Origin: Tubiluchus corallicola | Lineage: Eukaryota > Animalia > Priapulida | DNA length: 64,000 nt | Direction of reading: 5' to 3' | Assembly (NCBI GenBank): GCA_030141605.1 | Contig: JAQGDQ010000469.1 | Location: forward strand, 1-64,000 | In this document: positions 26,992-39,744 of the stretch, piece after piece | Layout of the letters: every line of letters begins with the position of its first letter | Position numbering within the stretch: the stretch's first letter is position 1 | Made by a program: the position numbers and the translations under genes | Notes under the pieces: generated by a model | Told to the model about the DNA's origin: nothing | The model's database searches: none | The model's input: the letters and a program-made list of their open reading frames with translations, nothing else

Positions 26992-27583
26992 ATCTGCCTG
27001 CTAGCCTATTACCATCAGAGAAGCAATCAGCAAAACTATGTAGAATGTTCGTGAGTTATTGACCATTTATAGATGGGTCTAAGAGCTTCTGTTATAACAA
27101 ACAGTTTCAACTTTGTGCAAAATATTTTGCAAGGTTTTGCTATGATGCTGTGCTGTTGGTGTTGGTGTTGCAGTTGTTGTTGTAGGTATCGTCAATGTTG
27201 TCGCCATCATCGTCATAATCACTATTTTATGAGGTGGGTTTGGTGTACTGGGTTAGCTGAGTGGTGAGTGTTCTTTGGATGGTGTGGTGCAATGGGTATT
27301 CTGCGGTGTGGTGGTGGTGATTTGCTGTGGGTGTTGTGCTGTTAATGGTGTGGTGGGGAGGTAGGGTGTGTGTAGTGTTGGTGGATGGCGTGGTAGGTGT
27401 GGCGTAGTGTGGTTTGAGTGGTGCGGTGTGGTATTGATGGTGTGGTGTGAGTGATGTGGTGTTGATAATGTTGGAGGGGTTGTAGGGTGTGGGTGGTGTG
27501 GTGGAGAGTGGTGTGGTATGGGTGGTGGGTGTGGTGTGGTGTGGCGTGCTGTTGTGGTATGGTCTTTTGCGGGGTTTGGCTAG
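26992..27583 (+). mobile_element. 3' part of a non-autonomous Helitron, same family as 36090-39744
   Basis: Shares AGTTTCAACTTTGTG, GCTGTGCTGTTGGTG, the GTG-rich tract and the end TTTTGCGGGGTTTGGCTAG|T. Confidence 0.7.
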
Positions 27584-28321
27584 TACTTTATTATTATTAT
27601 TACAGTTTGTAAACATTCGATTAATATACATTGCTTCTGCATTTTTCATTGTAAATGTTCTTTTTGGTTGACATCTTTGAAATCCTGTGTTGTTTCATCA
27701 CATTAAGTTATATATTATATATATATCATTATATATATATTATATGTATTGTTATACATATATTAATATATATTTTACGTTACATGATTCTTTCATTTGA
27801 GTAGTAGCCATGCAATTTTGCATTTTTCTCTTTTCTACTTAATGTTTTTGCGCATCCTTGTTAATGTTTGTTAAGCTAAATTTTATTTTTCAATGTATGG
27901 ATGCTATTACAAGTCTTCATTTTCAGTTTAAATATCGTTTTTTCAAATGTATTGTAAATTTGTAAATACACTATTTTTGTATTTACAGTTTTTGCAATTA
28001 TTCTGCATAAATTTATATTATATAAACACCCAAATTATGTACAATCAGTAATATACTATTTTAAAATTAATTAATAGCATAATTAGATTAATTGTTACTA
28101 AATTTAAGGCTGTGGGACAATATAAGCATTAACAAGCTTAACGAGATGTTTATTGACATTTCTGTATTGACGAAATTAACACAGTAATAAAGTAGTAAAT
28201 CTGTATAATATTCAGTAATAGTCTGTATGATAATTAAGAACCATTAAATTTAGTATCGTGAGAAAATAAAAATTGTCAGCAGTCCTATGATAATCATGTA
28301 AATATTTTGGGGTATTCTAGG

Positions 28322-28592
28322 TTGACTAGTGAGTTTTCTCTCTGACGGCAAGCTCGCAAGTGTGAACTGTTTTGCGAGTTATTGTCGGCAAGTTAATATA
28401 CAAACAGTTGATTTCCTGCGCGTCACACTGTCTGGTGTGAACGCCACGGCGAGTTACACTTGACAACACTCGCAGAAGGGAGTGTTGACGAGCTCCCGCT
28501 TACTGTCAGAGAGTAACTCGCAGCAAATTTTGCTCTAGTCTGAATACGCTTGCGAGTTACTTTGCGAGTTAACTAGCGAGTTTGAACGCGCC
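28322..28592. mobile_element. MITE (Harbinger-like GGCGCGTTCAAAC TIR family); other copies at 45755-45900 and 50596-50791
   Basis: Shared ACTAGCGAGTTTTCTCTC...CTCGCAAGTGTGAAC and GTTTGAACGCGCC ends. Confidence 0.7.
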
Positions 28593-28799
28593 ATTTTGTT
28601 ATTAGCAGACGAACACTTACTGGATTTAACGCTTTAATAGCTAGTAAAGCAATATGCCTGTTGAACATAATGTTAATGTTTGATCGGCGACAGTTAACCA
28701 CAGTTTACCATAGACCTGTGTTTTAGAACTAAAGGTTAAGAACAACGTTTATGACACCAAAATAACAGCGACCTAAACATATTAGTATAAACTTGTTTA

Positions 28800-28886
<87 letters not shown>

Positions 28887-29252
28887 GGCGCCAGAAGTAC
28901 TTTATGACTAGGTGAAAATTAAGTTACCAAATCACAAGATGTAGTAACCATAAATACATGCATAGCTAATACACTACAAGTCATTGTAGGAAAAGTCGTA
29001 CACGAAAAAATCTTGTCATTGCATGTTGTGAAAACGGATATAGGTGGTTGGCCCGAGATTGGTTGACCCTGACCTAAGCTAGGTCACGGGGTCGAAATGT
29101 CAGAAGATGTGATTTGATGGACATAAAATGCAATTCTTAGGTACCCAAGCATGGCGAATTCACTAATAGCGAAATTGTGATCTTGAGACCAAGATCAAGT
29201 CAGCAGAACCCTCCTGACTCAGCTCTTGCAGTTTTAATCAAATTGCAGAATC

Positions 29253-29885
29253 TTAAAGCACAAGAAAACCCGTCATAAACATAAAGCTTAAAAAATTCGT
29301 CTCGAAATTTTATACCACTTACGTACTGCCTTTTTACATACAGGACTTCAATCGGTAATCACGCTGTATAAAACATGTAAATTTAAACTCCCGCGATGAC
29401 CGTTAGACGCAGCCATTTTGACAACAGAACATTTGAAACACGTTCAGATAACAGTGTGTGTGAAGGTTGAAAAATTAACCAAAGCATTCGTAGCACACAC
29501 GTTACTAACTGAGTAAAATTTTAAATTACTGTATCTTGTCAATAAGATTAAAAATACGTTTTTGGTCAATGAGTGGTGCAGCCTGAAGGATGAGTTAGCG
29601 ACGTTTTACCAATTGGTGAAAACATGTTAAAATATTTAAAAAAAATTCTTTTCCAGTTACATAAGTCTTTCCAGCAGGCAAGCGAAATGCTAAGTAATAT
29701 AGATTTGCACGGAAAGTTTTTTTTTGGGTCATAATTTAACATTGCCTTTTCTTCCCCTGATTACGTTTGCGTAGTGACGTCATGTAATGGCGGCTTCTGA
29801 ACAGATTTGCGAGAGATTTAAAATGGAGACAAACGAAAATTCCTTTCAATGCGAGTACGATATATGCGCAAAATTGCTATAAAGT
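29253..29885 (-). mobile_element. Kolobok-like non-autonomous element, copy 2
   Basis: Reverse complement of ~3330-3955; terminus TTAA-AGCACAAGAAAAC. Confidence 0.7.
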
Positions 29886-30351
29886 AATGTAAGTTTATAA
29901 CACTGAACTGAACTTCAGCGATCTGCACGAATTTTTCAATGGAAACCCAAAGTCATATTGTGAATTTGTAAATAACTGTTTAGCGATTTTTGGATAGTAA
30001 TGATCATGTTATGTGATCATACGTGTTTATCGTGAATTTGTAAATAACCCTTGAGCTGTTTTTGGACAGTAATGATGTTAAGTGATCGTAAGTGTGTAGT
30101 GAGAATTTGTAAATAATTCTTTAGCTATTTTTGGACAGAATTTTTGCGTATAAAAACGCTCTAAACACCAAGCTAACATAAACAAATGAGCATTATTGTT
30201 AATTACAAAATTGTTGGAAAGGCTTTTTTATTTAAACTGTTTAGTATTTATATAAATCACATAATTATTATATATTTGTAGAGCAAAATAGTAACGAGTA
30301 GGGTCAAACGGACTAATGTTGTACATCGGCTAATGTCAAGCAAATGCTCAG

Positions 30352-30642
30352 GTTTTACTGAAAATAACATAGATCATGTTTTACTGAAAATAACATAGAT
30401 GATGTTTTACTGAAAATAACATAGATGATGTTTTACTGAAAATAACATAGATGATGTTTTACTGAAAATAAAATAGATGATGTTATACTGAAAATAACAT
30501 AGATGATGTTTTACTGAAAATAACATAGATGATGTTTTACTGAAAATAACATAGATGATGTTTTACTGAAAATAACATAGACGATGTTTTACTGAAAATA
30601 ACATAGACGATGTTTTACTGAAAATAACATAGATGCCGTTTT
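30352..30642. repeat. 26-bp tandem repeat, ~11 copies
   Basis: Unit GTTTTACTGAAAATAACATAGATGAT. Confidence 0.95.
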
Positions 30643-30937
30643 AACAAAGTAGTGTATTGCCCATAAAAGGGAAGAAAGTTCATTTCAAGTTCATTTATTC
30701 ATTCATTGGTTTATTTATCACTAAAACACTCGATCGGCTGACTGTTAGATTTTTAGTAAACTTGTCGTCCTGTCGTTGATTGACATATAGTCTCTCCATC
30801 GATGTGCTAATGACTTAGTAACTTAATAGATTCAACATGAAGATATAACCATTACATATGTACTTATAACTAGGACATTCTTGAAAATAGGAGGCCTTAC
30901 TTCGTTTTAAATGATTACATGTTTGTGTAATTTATAG

Positions 30938-31126
30938 CTGGAAGGGATGCCACTGGGCAAGAGTGATTACACCATACCAAAGGAAGCACTTTCTGCGACC
31001 CTAACATACTCCTATGTAGACGGAGCCAGATTAGAAAATTCTAATTTTGGATGGCGTATGTATGTTGGAGCCGTGCTAACTGTACAACTAGGAGGACCTC
31101 GAATCGTCACCGGAATTACTACCCAC
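30938..31126 (+). pseudogene. Discoidin (F5/8 type C) exon 1 of a decayed multi-exon gene
   Basis: TTTATAG| ... |GTATGT; translates PLGKSDYTIPKEALSAT...ARLENSNFGW...LTVQLGGPRIVTGITTH. Confidence 0.75.
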
Positions 31127-32904
31127 GTATGTTTTTGGCACAACAGTAGGCTCACGAGTGCCATCACGAATGTAGGGAGGTTTGGTACAGGTAAAATTGG
31201 TATGGTGAAAGTTTGATACTGGCAAAATTTGGTACTGTGAAGTTTTAGTACGTGGTAATTATGGTAGAGGTAAACTTGGTACAATCATTTTTAGGTACAA
31301 GGAATTTTTGGTACTAGAAAAACGTGGTACGTGGAATGTTTGGTACGATGAAAATAAGTATGGTACCAGAATTGTTTAGCACTAGGAAATACTGGTAAAA
31401 GAAAGTTTTGGTACTGGGAAAATATGGTACTGGAAAATTTGGTACTGGAAAATTTGGTACAGGACTGGGGCAATTACTGGACTTTATAAATTGCCCAGTT
31501 TCAGAATTAAGTGATTTTTACTTATCGTATTTTTGGCAATACGTGGAAGATTGTATTTGATTATTTGTAGTTGTGCACTTTTGTTAAATACAGCTTAAAG
31601 TAGTAGTTGTTAGGAAATTCATTTGTAATCTTGATGAAGCCAGTTGTTCGGCAAATTACTAAAGCGATACGTTGTTAATCCATTGTTACATTATATTTCG
31701 AACCAAGTTTGGATTCCGATTGTTTACTGATGTTTGGCAATTCTGAATCCTGAATTTTGGCAACTGTTAATGAAAGCGATAGCGTTAACTATAACCGTGA
31801 GCTCACTTAAAGATTATGGCAATTCCGTAAGTAACGGATCAGGCACGGAACTTTCTCCCACTGAAAAGGCTTATTGCGCAGCAGTGCTAGAAAACGACAG
31901 AGAGATAAAGATCTATTTCACAGCGTATTTAATGGTTCAAGGTCTATCACGGATTCATCATTACCGTTTTGACTAGGATAAACTCTCGTAGTCGGGGACT
32001 AATTAATTGATTAATTGCCTAATTAGCAGACCAGTACTACCGTTGTACAACATAATTAACAGTGCGTGGCAGCCAAAATTTTATTGGTGATTATTCACCC
32101 ATATAGACGCATGTGAGAATCTTTCTTCAAAATTCTGAAAGGTCTCCAACTCACCATGCAAAATTGTATTTCGGGTCCACAGTATTATGTAAAAACCATT
32201 CTGTCTGATAGCCTAGTACTGCAGCTGCTGGCAGTGGCGACGTTCATTATGTAATGTTGTCATGATGCTGTTATCGGCAGCAGAGGTAGTGGCAGAGATG
32301 GCGTATCATCATCAAAATCATAGAGCTCACCATTATTGAAATTGCCACTATTTCTTGGTAATGTATTATTGACTGCGAAATTTACTGACGTGTCTGTTAC
32401 ATTAACCATGCTGCAATAATAAAACTGCGCAGTGCGAGATTCCAGTGACGTCACGCTAAAACTTTTGCACGCTGTAATTTTTTTCATCCATCGCAAATAG
32501 TGGATTGAAGTAACTGAGGACCAAGTTATGATCTGAGTTTAACGTTAAAATGGTTTCTGCCTGTTTTAAGAATAAGTAGTCGCTGTTGTCCATTTACCTA
32601 CCTATGGTTGAGAGCGTGCAACAGCAGGCGCAACAATGAAATATAAAAGAAACTGGTCTTCTACAGCAATAAGATTTTTAATAAAAATCATTCTTTAAAA
32701 GCGGGACTGTTCCTTTAAACATTTTACAGTTTAGATTATAATTTCATTATTGTTAACACCATTTATATTCGACCACTCCTAAATGCAGTCTAAATAGTTG
32801 TGTTTATTTCTAAGTTTCTGTTACTGTACTACATGAATGTTAGTACTATTTTAAGTAAAAGCATGGAAAAGTAACGATTAAAGTATTAAATATTCAATTT
32901 TTAG

Positions 32905-33019
32905 GGTTATCAATCAGTATGTGTTGCTGGCAAGTGAGTTACACAAAACAACGTTATCATACAGCAAATCAAGTAATTGAACTTCTTGACAAGATTATCT
33001 TACAAACGATGCATCCACG
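32905..33019 (+). pseudogene. Discoidin exon 2, disabled
   Basis: TTTTTAG|GGT...ACG|GTAAGT continues the TTH-G motif. Reads GK*VT.../LSYS...S*QDY, with TGA at two Trp-motif positions and a 1-nt frameshift (115 nt). Confidence 0.7.
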
Positions 33020-33454
33020 GTAAGTTGCATTTATAGACTGCTGACAGTGCAGCTGAGCGATCGAAATTGGCTGTTTCTGTAGTTCTTTTAGTCAGTCATG
33101 TAATCTGCTATGCATCTTTCGTTATTAGTAATGCCTAGATTATTCACAAGTCAATGTAAATTCGTGCAATGATAAGAAAGAACACATATCTACAACTGCT
33201 TGATATTCCCATTTGAATCTATAAAAACCTGTGGTAAAATACAATAAAAATCTTTAAAACCAAACATTCAGTTTTAAAAACTTTTCATACGGGTATTTCT
33301 AATATGCGAATTTCATTTGTACAAAGACTTCCTACTCTCTAAGCGCAGGCCCAATTCTGCTAGTGAACTATACTTGGAAGCAACTAAAAACCAGCATTTC
33401 AAAGAAATTGGCAAAAGTAAAAAAAACGTGTAACGCACGTGTGCTTAAACATGT

Positions 33455-33700
33455 AATAAAGCGTTCGCTTTCCGTCTAGGAGGTCGTGAGTTCGATACTG
33501 CGGGCAGGATCGTACAAAAAACTTTAATAATGATATCCGCTGTTGCCCTGCCTGTTGCGCGGAATTTAGGGTAAAGGCGGGGTATTAATAATCTCTGTTA
33601 TGTAAGTTTAGTTTGTTACTTACGGTCCGCGATAAAAGCCTCGTGTTAGGACTGTTAAATTTAAAGCCGACTTTAAATAAAGTTTATCATCATCATCATC
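33455..33700 (+). mobile_element. tRNA-derived SINE (MetaSINE-like core)
   Basis: GGAGGTCGTGAGTTCGATAC head, ACTTTAATAATGATATCCGCTGTTGCCCTGC core, and GCCGACTTTAAATAAAG-(ATC)n tail. Confidence 0.7.
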
Positions 33701-34150
33701 ACACCAGCCATATCCACTGCCTTCGTCACCGCCACCGCCACCAACACCACCTCAATTCGTAAAATATTCCGCTATACAACGGTTCTCTTAACAGAATTAA
33801 GTGCGGAGAGTTAGAGATCATCGTGCAATTGAAGTAGGCCCACTACAAATGCCCTATTGAAAAATCATTAAAATCTAGTAGTTTTTAATTTTTAATTTGA
33901 TTTTAAAGCATTTTTTGGGTTTTACAACGAACTTTAGAATGTTTTTGTTATGGGAATGTTGAACATCTATAAAACTCACAGCCTAGCATACCAAAAGATA
34001 ACCTAACAAATATATATATCCGCAAATAAAAAATGGTTATAATTTAGTCCAAATACTCTTCCAAAAAGTTGACAATAGTGAAATCCACAGAAATAGGATA
34101 AACTGCAAGGGTAAATTGTAGTGCATCTTTTCACTTATCAACTTGGATAG

Positions 34151-34290
34151 CAAAAATCCGATGGCAGAACAGATTTCTCATGCATCTGCACTTTCCATAA
34201 ATCTCCTATCTCGTAGATGTATTCCAGTTCACGCTTCTTCTTTTTCTTGCATTTTATTCTGCTCTCAGATCCTGGAAACATCTAAAGACG
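34151..34290 (+). pseudogene. Probable discoidin exon 3, heavily decayed
   Basis: DGRTD...SPI, then after a frameshift RCIPVH...QILE; ends at a GTAAGG donor. Confidence 0.3.
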
Positions 34291-34329
34291 TAAGGCAATC
34301 AGGCTGAAATTTTATATAACCACAATATT

Positions 34330-34670
34330 GGTCAGTGAAATGAAATGGAAAATCATGAGAAAGAGCACAAAAGTCCCACAATTAAAAAACAAGGAAAGGG
34401 AAAGAAATGGCACTATGATTCTTACAACACATGTAGTACTTCTTCGGGTGACGAGAAAAGGACAACAAAGAAAAAAATCACAAGGAATTACTAGATCTAC
34501 AGAGCTAGTTAGATTACTGGAACTGCTTGTGATTTTTTTCTCTTTTCCATCCTTTTTTAGTTTACCAGAAGAAAAACTGTCGTGGTAGTTCGAAACATTG
34601 TGACCTTTCATTCCTTTTTCTTGTTTTTTAATTGTAGAATTTTTTTATTTGTTACTATTCTTGTGATTGT
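34330..34670. mobile_element. Palindromic MITE
   Basis: AAAAAAATCACAAG ... CTTGTGATTTTTTT inverted arms around ~34500. Confidence 0.6.
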
Positions 34671-35139
34671 TAATTAATTAGTATTTTCACAGGATAGAAT
34701 AAACAGGACACGTTAACCATAATTTGTGTGTAAAGTGTCCTGCTTGTTCTGTCCCGTGATAACAGGAGACGGAAATCGCATTCATGTGGTTGGCATTAAT
34801 GATAATCTGCAAATTGGATCACTAAGCCTGGAATTATATGGCTGTTTTATGTAGGCATTATCATTCACGCACAATTTGTAGTAGTTTTATTTATCTTTTA
34901 CGTAAGCCTACTTGTTGCGGGTGCTAAGGTTACAGGCCCAGAATAAAATATCCACGCCAATGCATTATTTCAGTATAAGTATCTTTTTACACCTTTTTAC
35001 AGGAAGAAAAACACAGTGCATAAAACGATAATATGATACAAAGTAACAAAATTATTATGATGATTAATTTATCTGAAATATGATGATAGACTGATTGGTG
35101 AAAGGGCGGCGAAGAACTTCGTATCATCAAGTTTCGATA

Positions 35140-35935
35140 AAGGACAAGAAAAGTGGTACCTAAAGTAGGTTTCAGAAAAATTTTCGTAAAAAATTATATA
35201 ATGTGGAAGTTGGAATTATACATTGTAGTTACGTGCTGCCATCTATGTACTAATCTTGTTATAATTGTATGGTCCAGTGACTACATATACGCTGGTCCTC
35301 TCCCTATCTAAAATTAATGGTTGTTGTGAAGCCTGTGCAAGTCTATACAAGTATTACTTTATAGCAATTTTATGCGTATATCATACTCGCATTGAAAGGA
35401 TTTTTTGTTTGTTTTCATTTTAAATCTCCCGCAATACTGTGCCGACCCCACCGTTACATGACTTCTTATCATCAGAGGAAGAAAAGGAAATGTCATACTG
35501 TGTACCAAAGAAAATTCCATGCAAAGTTATATTACTTAGCATATCGCTTACCTGCTTGAAAGAATTGTGTAATTAGAAAAAGAAAGTTATTAATTATTTA
35601 AAATGCCTTCTCTAAAATGGCAAAATGTGGTTGACACACCTAGAGGGTGCACCACTCACTAACCAAAAAATGTATTTTTAATCTTTTCGACAAGATACGG
35701 TAATTTAAAATTTTATTTAGTTAGTGACGTGTGCGCTACGAATACTCTGATCATTTTTTCAAACTTTACTCAGTGTTATCTGAACGTGTTTCAAATCACT
35801 TATCGTCAAAATGGCTACGTCTAACGGCCACTTCGGGAGTTTAAATTTACATGTTTTGTACAGCTTTACTGCCGACGCAAGCACTGTATGCAAAAAGGCA
35901 GTATATAAGTGGTACAAAATTTCAATAGAATTTTT
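35140..35935 (+). mobile_element. Kolobok-like non-autonomous element, copy 3, with an internal insertion
   Basis: AGGACAAGAAAAGTGGTACC start; colinear with 3273-3900. Confidence 0.7.
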
Positions 35936-36089
35936 TTAAGTTTCATGTAAGTGAAGGTGAAATGGATACAAAACACCAGTTTCACGTGTTGATAAAAAGT
36001 TTCTTTATTCTGAAGTAGATTATTAACATTTAGTTTAGTTTGCATTGAGTAGAAGAGAATTAGTTGCATGATTAACTCCATGACTGTAA

Positions 36090-39000
36090 CCGTTCAGCGG
36101 TGGGTGTCATAGGCCTATTTAGAATTCGCGAGAGGGCCACGGCGCCCCGCAACGGGCGTTTTCCCGGACCCAACTCGCGATTTTTTCGAAATTTTGATCA
36201 AACAGCCTGCGGAAAAAACGTTCTAGCGGCGCCTGGTGGGTCTCTCGGAAGCAGATATACGGCTCATCAGAAAGAGGAAGAACGGGGCTATACGATGATG
36301 TGGGCTATATGTTGGGATACGTCCACTGAGAGGAGTATTGACGAGTTAATTAGATGTTCTATTTTTCGCAATTTTCGCTTAGAAAACTGCTGACGCAAAG
36401 CCATTGTTCTGACGTCATCCATTGTATTCTGCTGTAATCTTATAACTTTAATTCAGCAAAAAGCTGCCTGCTACGGGTTTGCGTTAGATAAACAGACATA
36501 CAGTAGGCAGGATGTTACGGGCTTTGTGTTATAAATGAGAGGACTAGGTAGGATGTTCGCGTACTATCGATTATACGTGTGTTTATACGCAAAATTTTTT
36601 ACGGGGCCTTTGCTAGTCCCTTATATTAATATTCTTGGTATCTTAATATATTTATATATATATATATAAGATTCGAGGCTACAACTTCGACGACGGCACC
36701 ATTTGCGGCGATCTATATATCAAACGAAAGGTCTCGATCTAGTGTCTTCTCATTGATGGTTTATTTTTCGAATCGGGCCCACCGGGAGGAGGGGGAGGCG
36801 AAAAACCCCCAAAAATGGCCCTTTTTCGGCCGTTTTTTGCAAAAGTTATACGGCTGAGATGTAGAGAACGGAAACGGGCCGAGGGTGGTGCTGGGTATGG
36901 ATAGATAGCCCGTTCAGCGGTGGGTGTCATACGCCTATTTAGAATTCGCGAGAGGGCCACGGCGCCCCGCAACGGGCGTTTTCCCGGACCCAACTCGCGA
37001 TTTTTTCGAAATTTTGATCAAACAGCCTGCGGAAAAAACGTTCTAGCGGCGCCCGGTGGGACTCTCGGAAGCAGATATACGGCTCATCAGAAAGAGGAAG
37101 AATGGGGCTATACGATGATGTGGGCTATATGTTGGGACACGTCCACCGAGAGGAGTATCAACGAGTTAATTAGGAGTTCTATTTTCGGCAATTTTCACTT
37201 AGAAAACTGCTGACGCAATGCCATTGTTCTGACGTCATCCATTGTACTCTACTCCGCTTATAACTTTAATTCAGCAAAAAGCTGCCTGCTACGGGTTTGC
37301 GTTAGATAAACAAACAGTAGGCATGATGTTACGGGCTTTGTGTTATAAATGAGGACTAGGTAGGATGTTCGCGTATTATTGATTACATGTGGTTTTTTAC
37401 GCAAAATCTTTTGCGGGGCCTTTGCTATTTATTATATTATAGCACATAGTTTCAACTTTGTGAAAAATGTTTGGAATGGTTTTGTTGTAATGCTGTGCTG
37501 TTGGTGCTTGTGCTATAGGTGTCGTCATCATTTCCATCACCATCATCATCATCATCAACATCATGATCACCACGTGAGGTGGTGGATTTGATGTGGTGTG
37601 GTAGTGGTGTGCTTTGTGTGTTGTGCTATGGATGGTGTGGTGGGGTGATAGGGTGTGTGGGGTGTGGTGTGGGTAGTGTGGTATGGAGTGGGTGGCGTGG
37701 TGTGTGGGTGGGTGTGTGTGGTGCAGTGGTATGGTGTGGTGCAGTGTGGTGTGATGTGGTGGAGTCGTATGGTGTGGGTGGTGCAGTGTGGTGTGGTGCA
37801 GTGGTATGGTGTGGTGCAGTGTGGTGTGATGTGGTGGAGTCGTATGGTGTGGGTGGTGTGGTGTGTGGGTGGGTGGTGCGGTGTGCTGCAGTGGTATGGT
37901 GTGGTGCGGTGTGGTGTGTGGGTGGTGCAGTGGTATTGTGTGGTGCAGTGTGGTGGAGTGGTATGGTGTGGGTGGTGTGGTGTGGTGCTGTGCGGTGTGA
38001 TGTGGTGGAGTATTATGGTGTGGGTGGTGTGGTGTGGTGTGTGGGTGGTGCAGTGGTATGGTGTGGTGCAGTGTGGTGTGATGTGGTGGAGTGGTATGGT
38101 GTGGGTGGTTTGGTGTGGTGCACTGCGGTGTGGTGGTATTGTGTGGTGCAGTGTGGTGCGATGAGGTGGAGTGGTATGGTGTGGTGCAGTGTGGTGTGAT
38201 GAGGTGGAGTGGTGCGGTGTGGGTTGTGTGTTGATTTGTGCACAAAATTCTTTTTGTGGGGTTTGGCTAGTCCCTTATATTAATATTCTTGGTATCTTAA
38301 TATATTTATATATATATATATATAAGATTCGAGGCTACAGCCCGGACGAGGGCACCATTTGCGGCGATCTATATATCAAACGAAAGGTCTCGATCTAGTG
38401 TCTTCTCATTGATGGTTTATTTTTGGTTACTTATCACCGGGAGGAACGGGGGGCGAAAAACCTCCAAAAATGGCCCTTTTTCGGCCGTTTTTTGCAAAAG
38501 TTATACGGCTGAGATGTAGAGAACGGGAATGGGCCGAGGGTGGTGCTGGGTACGGATAGATAGCCCGTTCAGCGGTGGGTGTAGTAGGCATATTTAGAAT
38601 TCCCGAGAGGGCCAGGGCGCCCCGCAACGGGCGTTTTCCCGGACCCAACTCGCGATTTTTTCGAAATTTTGACCAAATAGCCTGCGGGAAAAACGTTCTA
38701 GCGTCGCCCGGTGGGACTCTAGGAAGGAGATATGGGGCTCTTTACAAAGAGGAAGAACGGGGCTACACGATGGTGTGGGCTATATGTTAGGGCAGGTCCA
38801 CCGAGAGGAGTATTGGCGAGTTAATTAGGAGTTCTATTTTCGGCAATTTTCGCTTAGAAAACTGTTGACGCAAAGGCATTGTTGTGACGTCATCCATTGT
38901 ACTCTGCTGTAATCTTATAACTTTAATTCAGCAAAAAGCTGCCTGCTACGGGTTTGCGTTAGTTAAACAAACGGTAGGCAGGATGTTACGGGCGTTGTGT

Positions 39001-39744
39001 TATAAATGAGGACTGTGTAGGACGTTCGCGTATTATTGATTACACGTGGTTTTTTATGCAAAATCTTTTGCGGGGCCTTTGCTATTTATTATATTATAGC
39101 ACATAGTTTCAACTTTGTGAAAAATGTTTGGAATGGTTTTGTTGCAATGCTGTGCTGTTGGTGCTTGTGCTATAGGTGTCGTCATCGTTGCCACCACCAT
39201 CATCATCATCATCAACATCACGATCACCACGTGAGGTGGTGGATTTGATGTGGTGTGGTGGTGGTGTGCTTTGTGTGTTGTGCTATGGATGGTGTGGTGG
39301 GGTGGTAGGGTGTGTGGGGTGTGGTGTGGGTGGCGTGGTGTGGTGTGTGGGTGGGCGGGTGTTGTGGTGCAGTGTGGTGTTATGGTGTGGTGCTGTGCAG
39401 TGTGATGTGGTGGAGTCGTATGGTGTGGGTGGTGCAGTGTGGTGTGGTGCAGTGGTATGGTGCGGTGTGCTGCAGTGGTATGGTGTGGTGCAGTGTGGTG
39501 TGATGTGGTGGAGTGGTATGGTGTGGGTGGTGTGGTGTGTAGGTGGGTGGGTGGTGTGGTGCAGTGTGGTGTTATGGTGTGGTGCTGTGCGGTGTGATGT
39601 GGTGGAGTATTATGGTGTGGGTGGTGTGGTGTGTGGGTGGTGCAGTGGTATGGTGTGGTGCAGTGTGGTGTGATGTGGTGGAGTGGTATGGTGTGGGTTG
39701 TGTGTTGATTTGTGCACAAAATTCTTTTTGTGGGGTTTGGCTAG
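36090..39744 (+). mobile_element. Head-to-tail concatemer of three non-autonomous Helitron units (36090-36616 5'-truncated; 36617-38270; 38271-39744)
   Basis: CTAG|TC junctions at 36616/36617 and 38270/38271; final CTAG|T at 39744; subterminal hairpins just upstream of each CTAG. Confidence 0.8.

Noticed and set aside
33455-33510. Possible tRNA gene
   Set aside because: No full cloverleaf; it continues into a SINE body and tail shared with 8062-8352.
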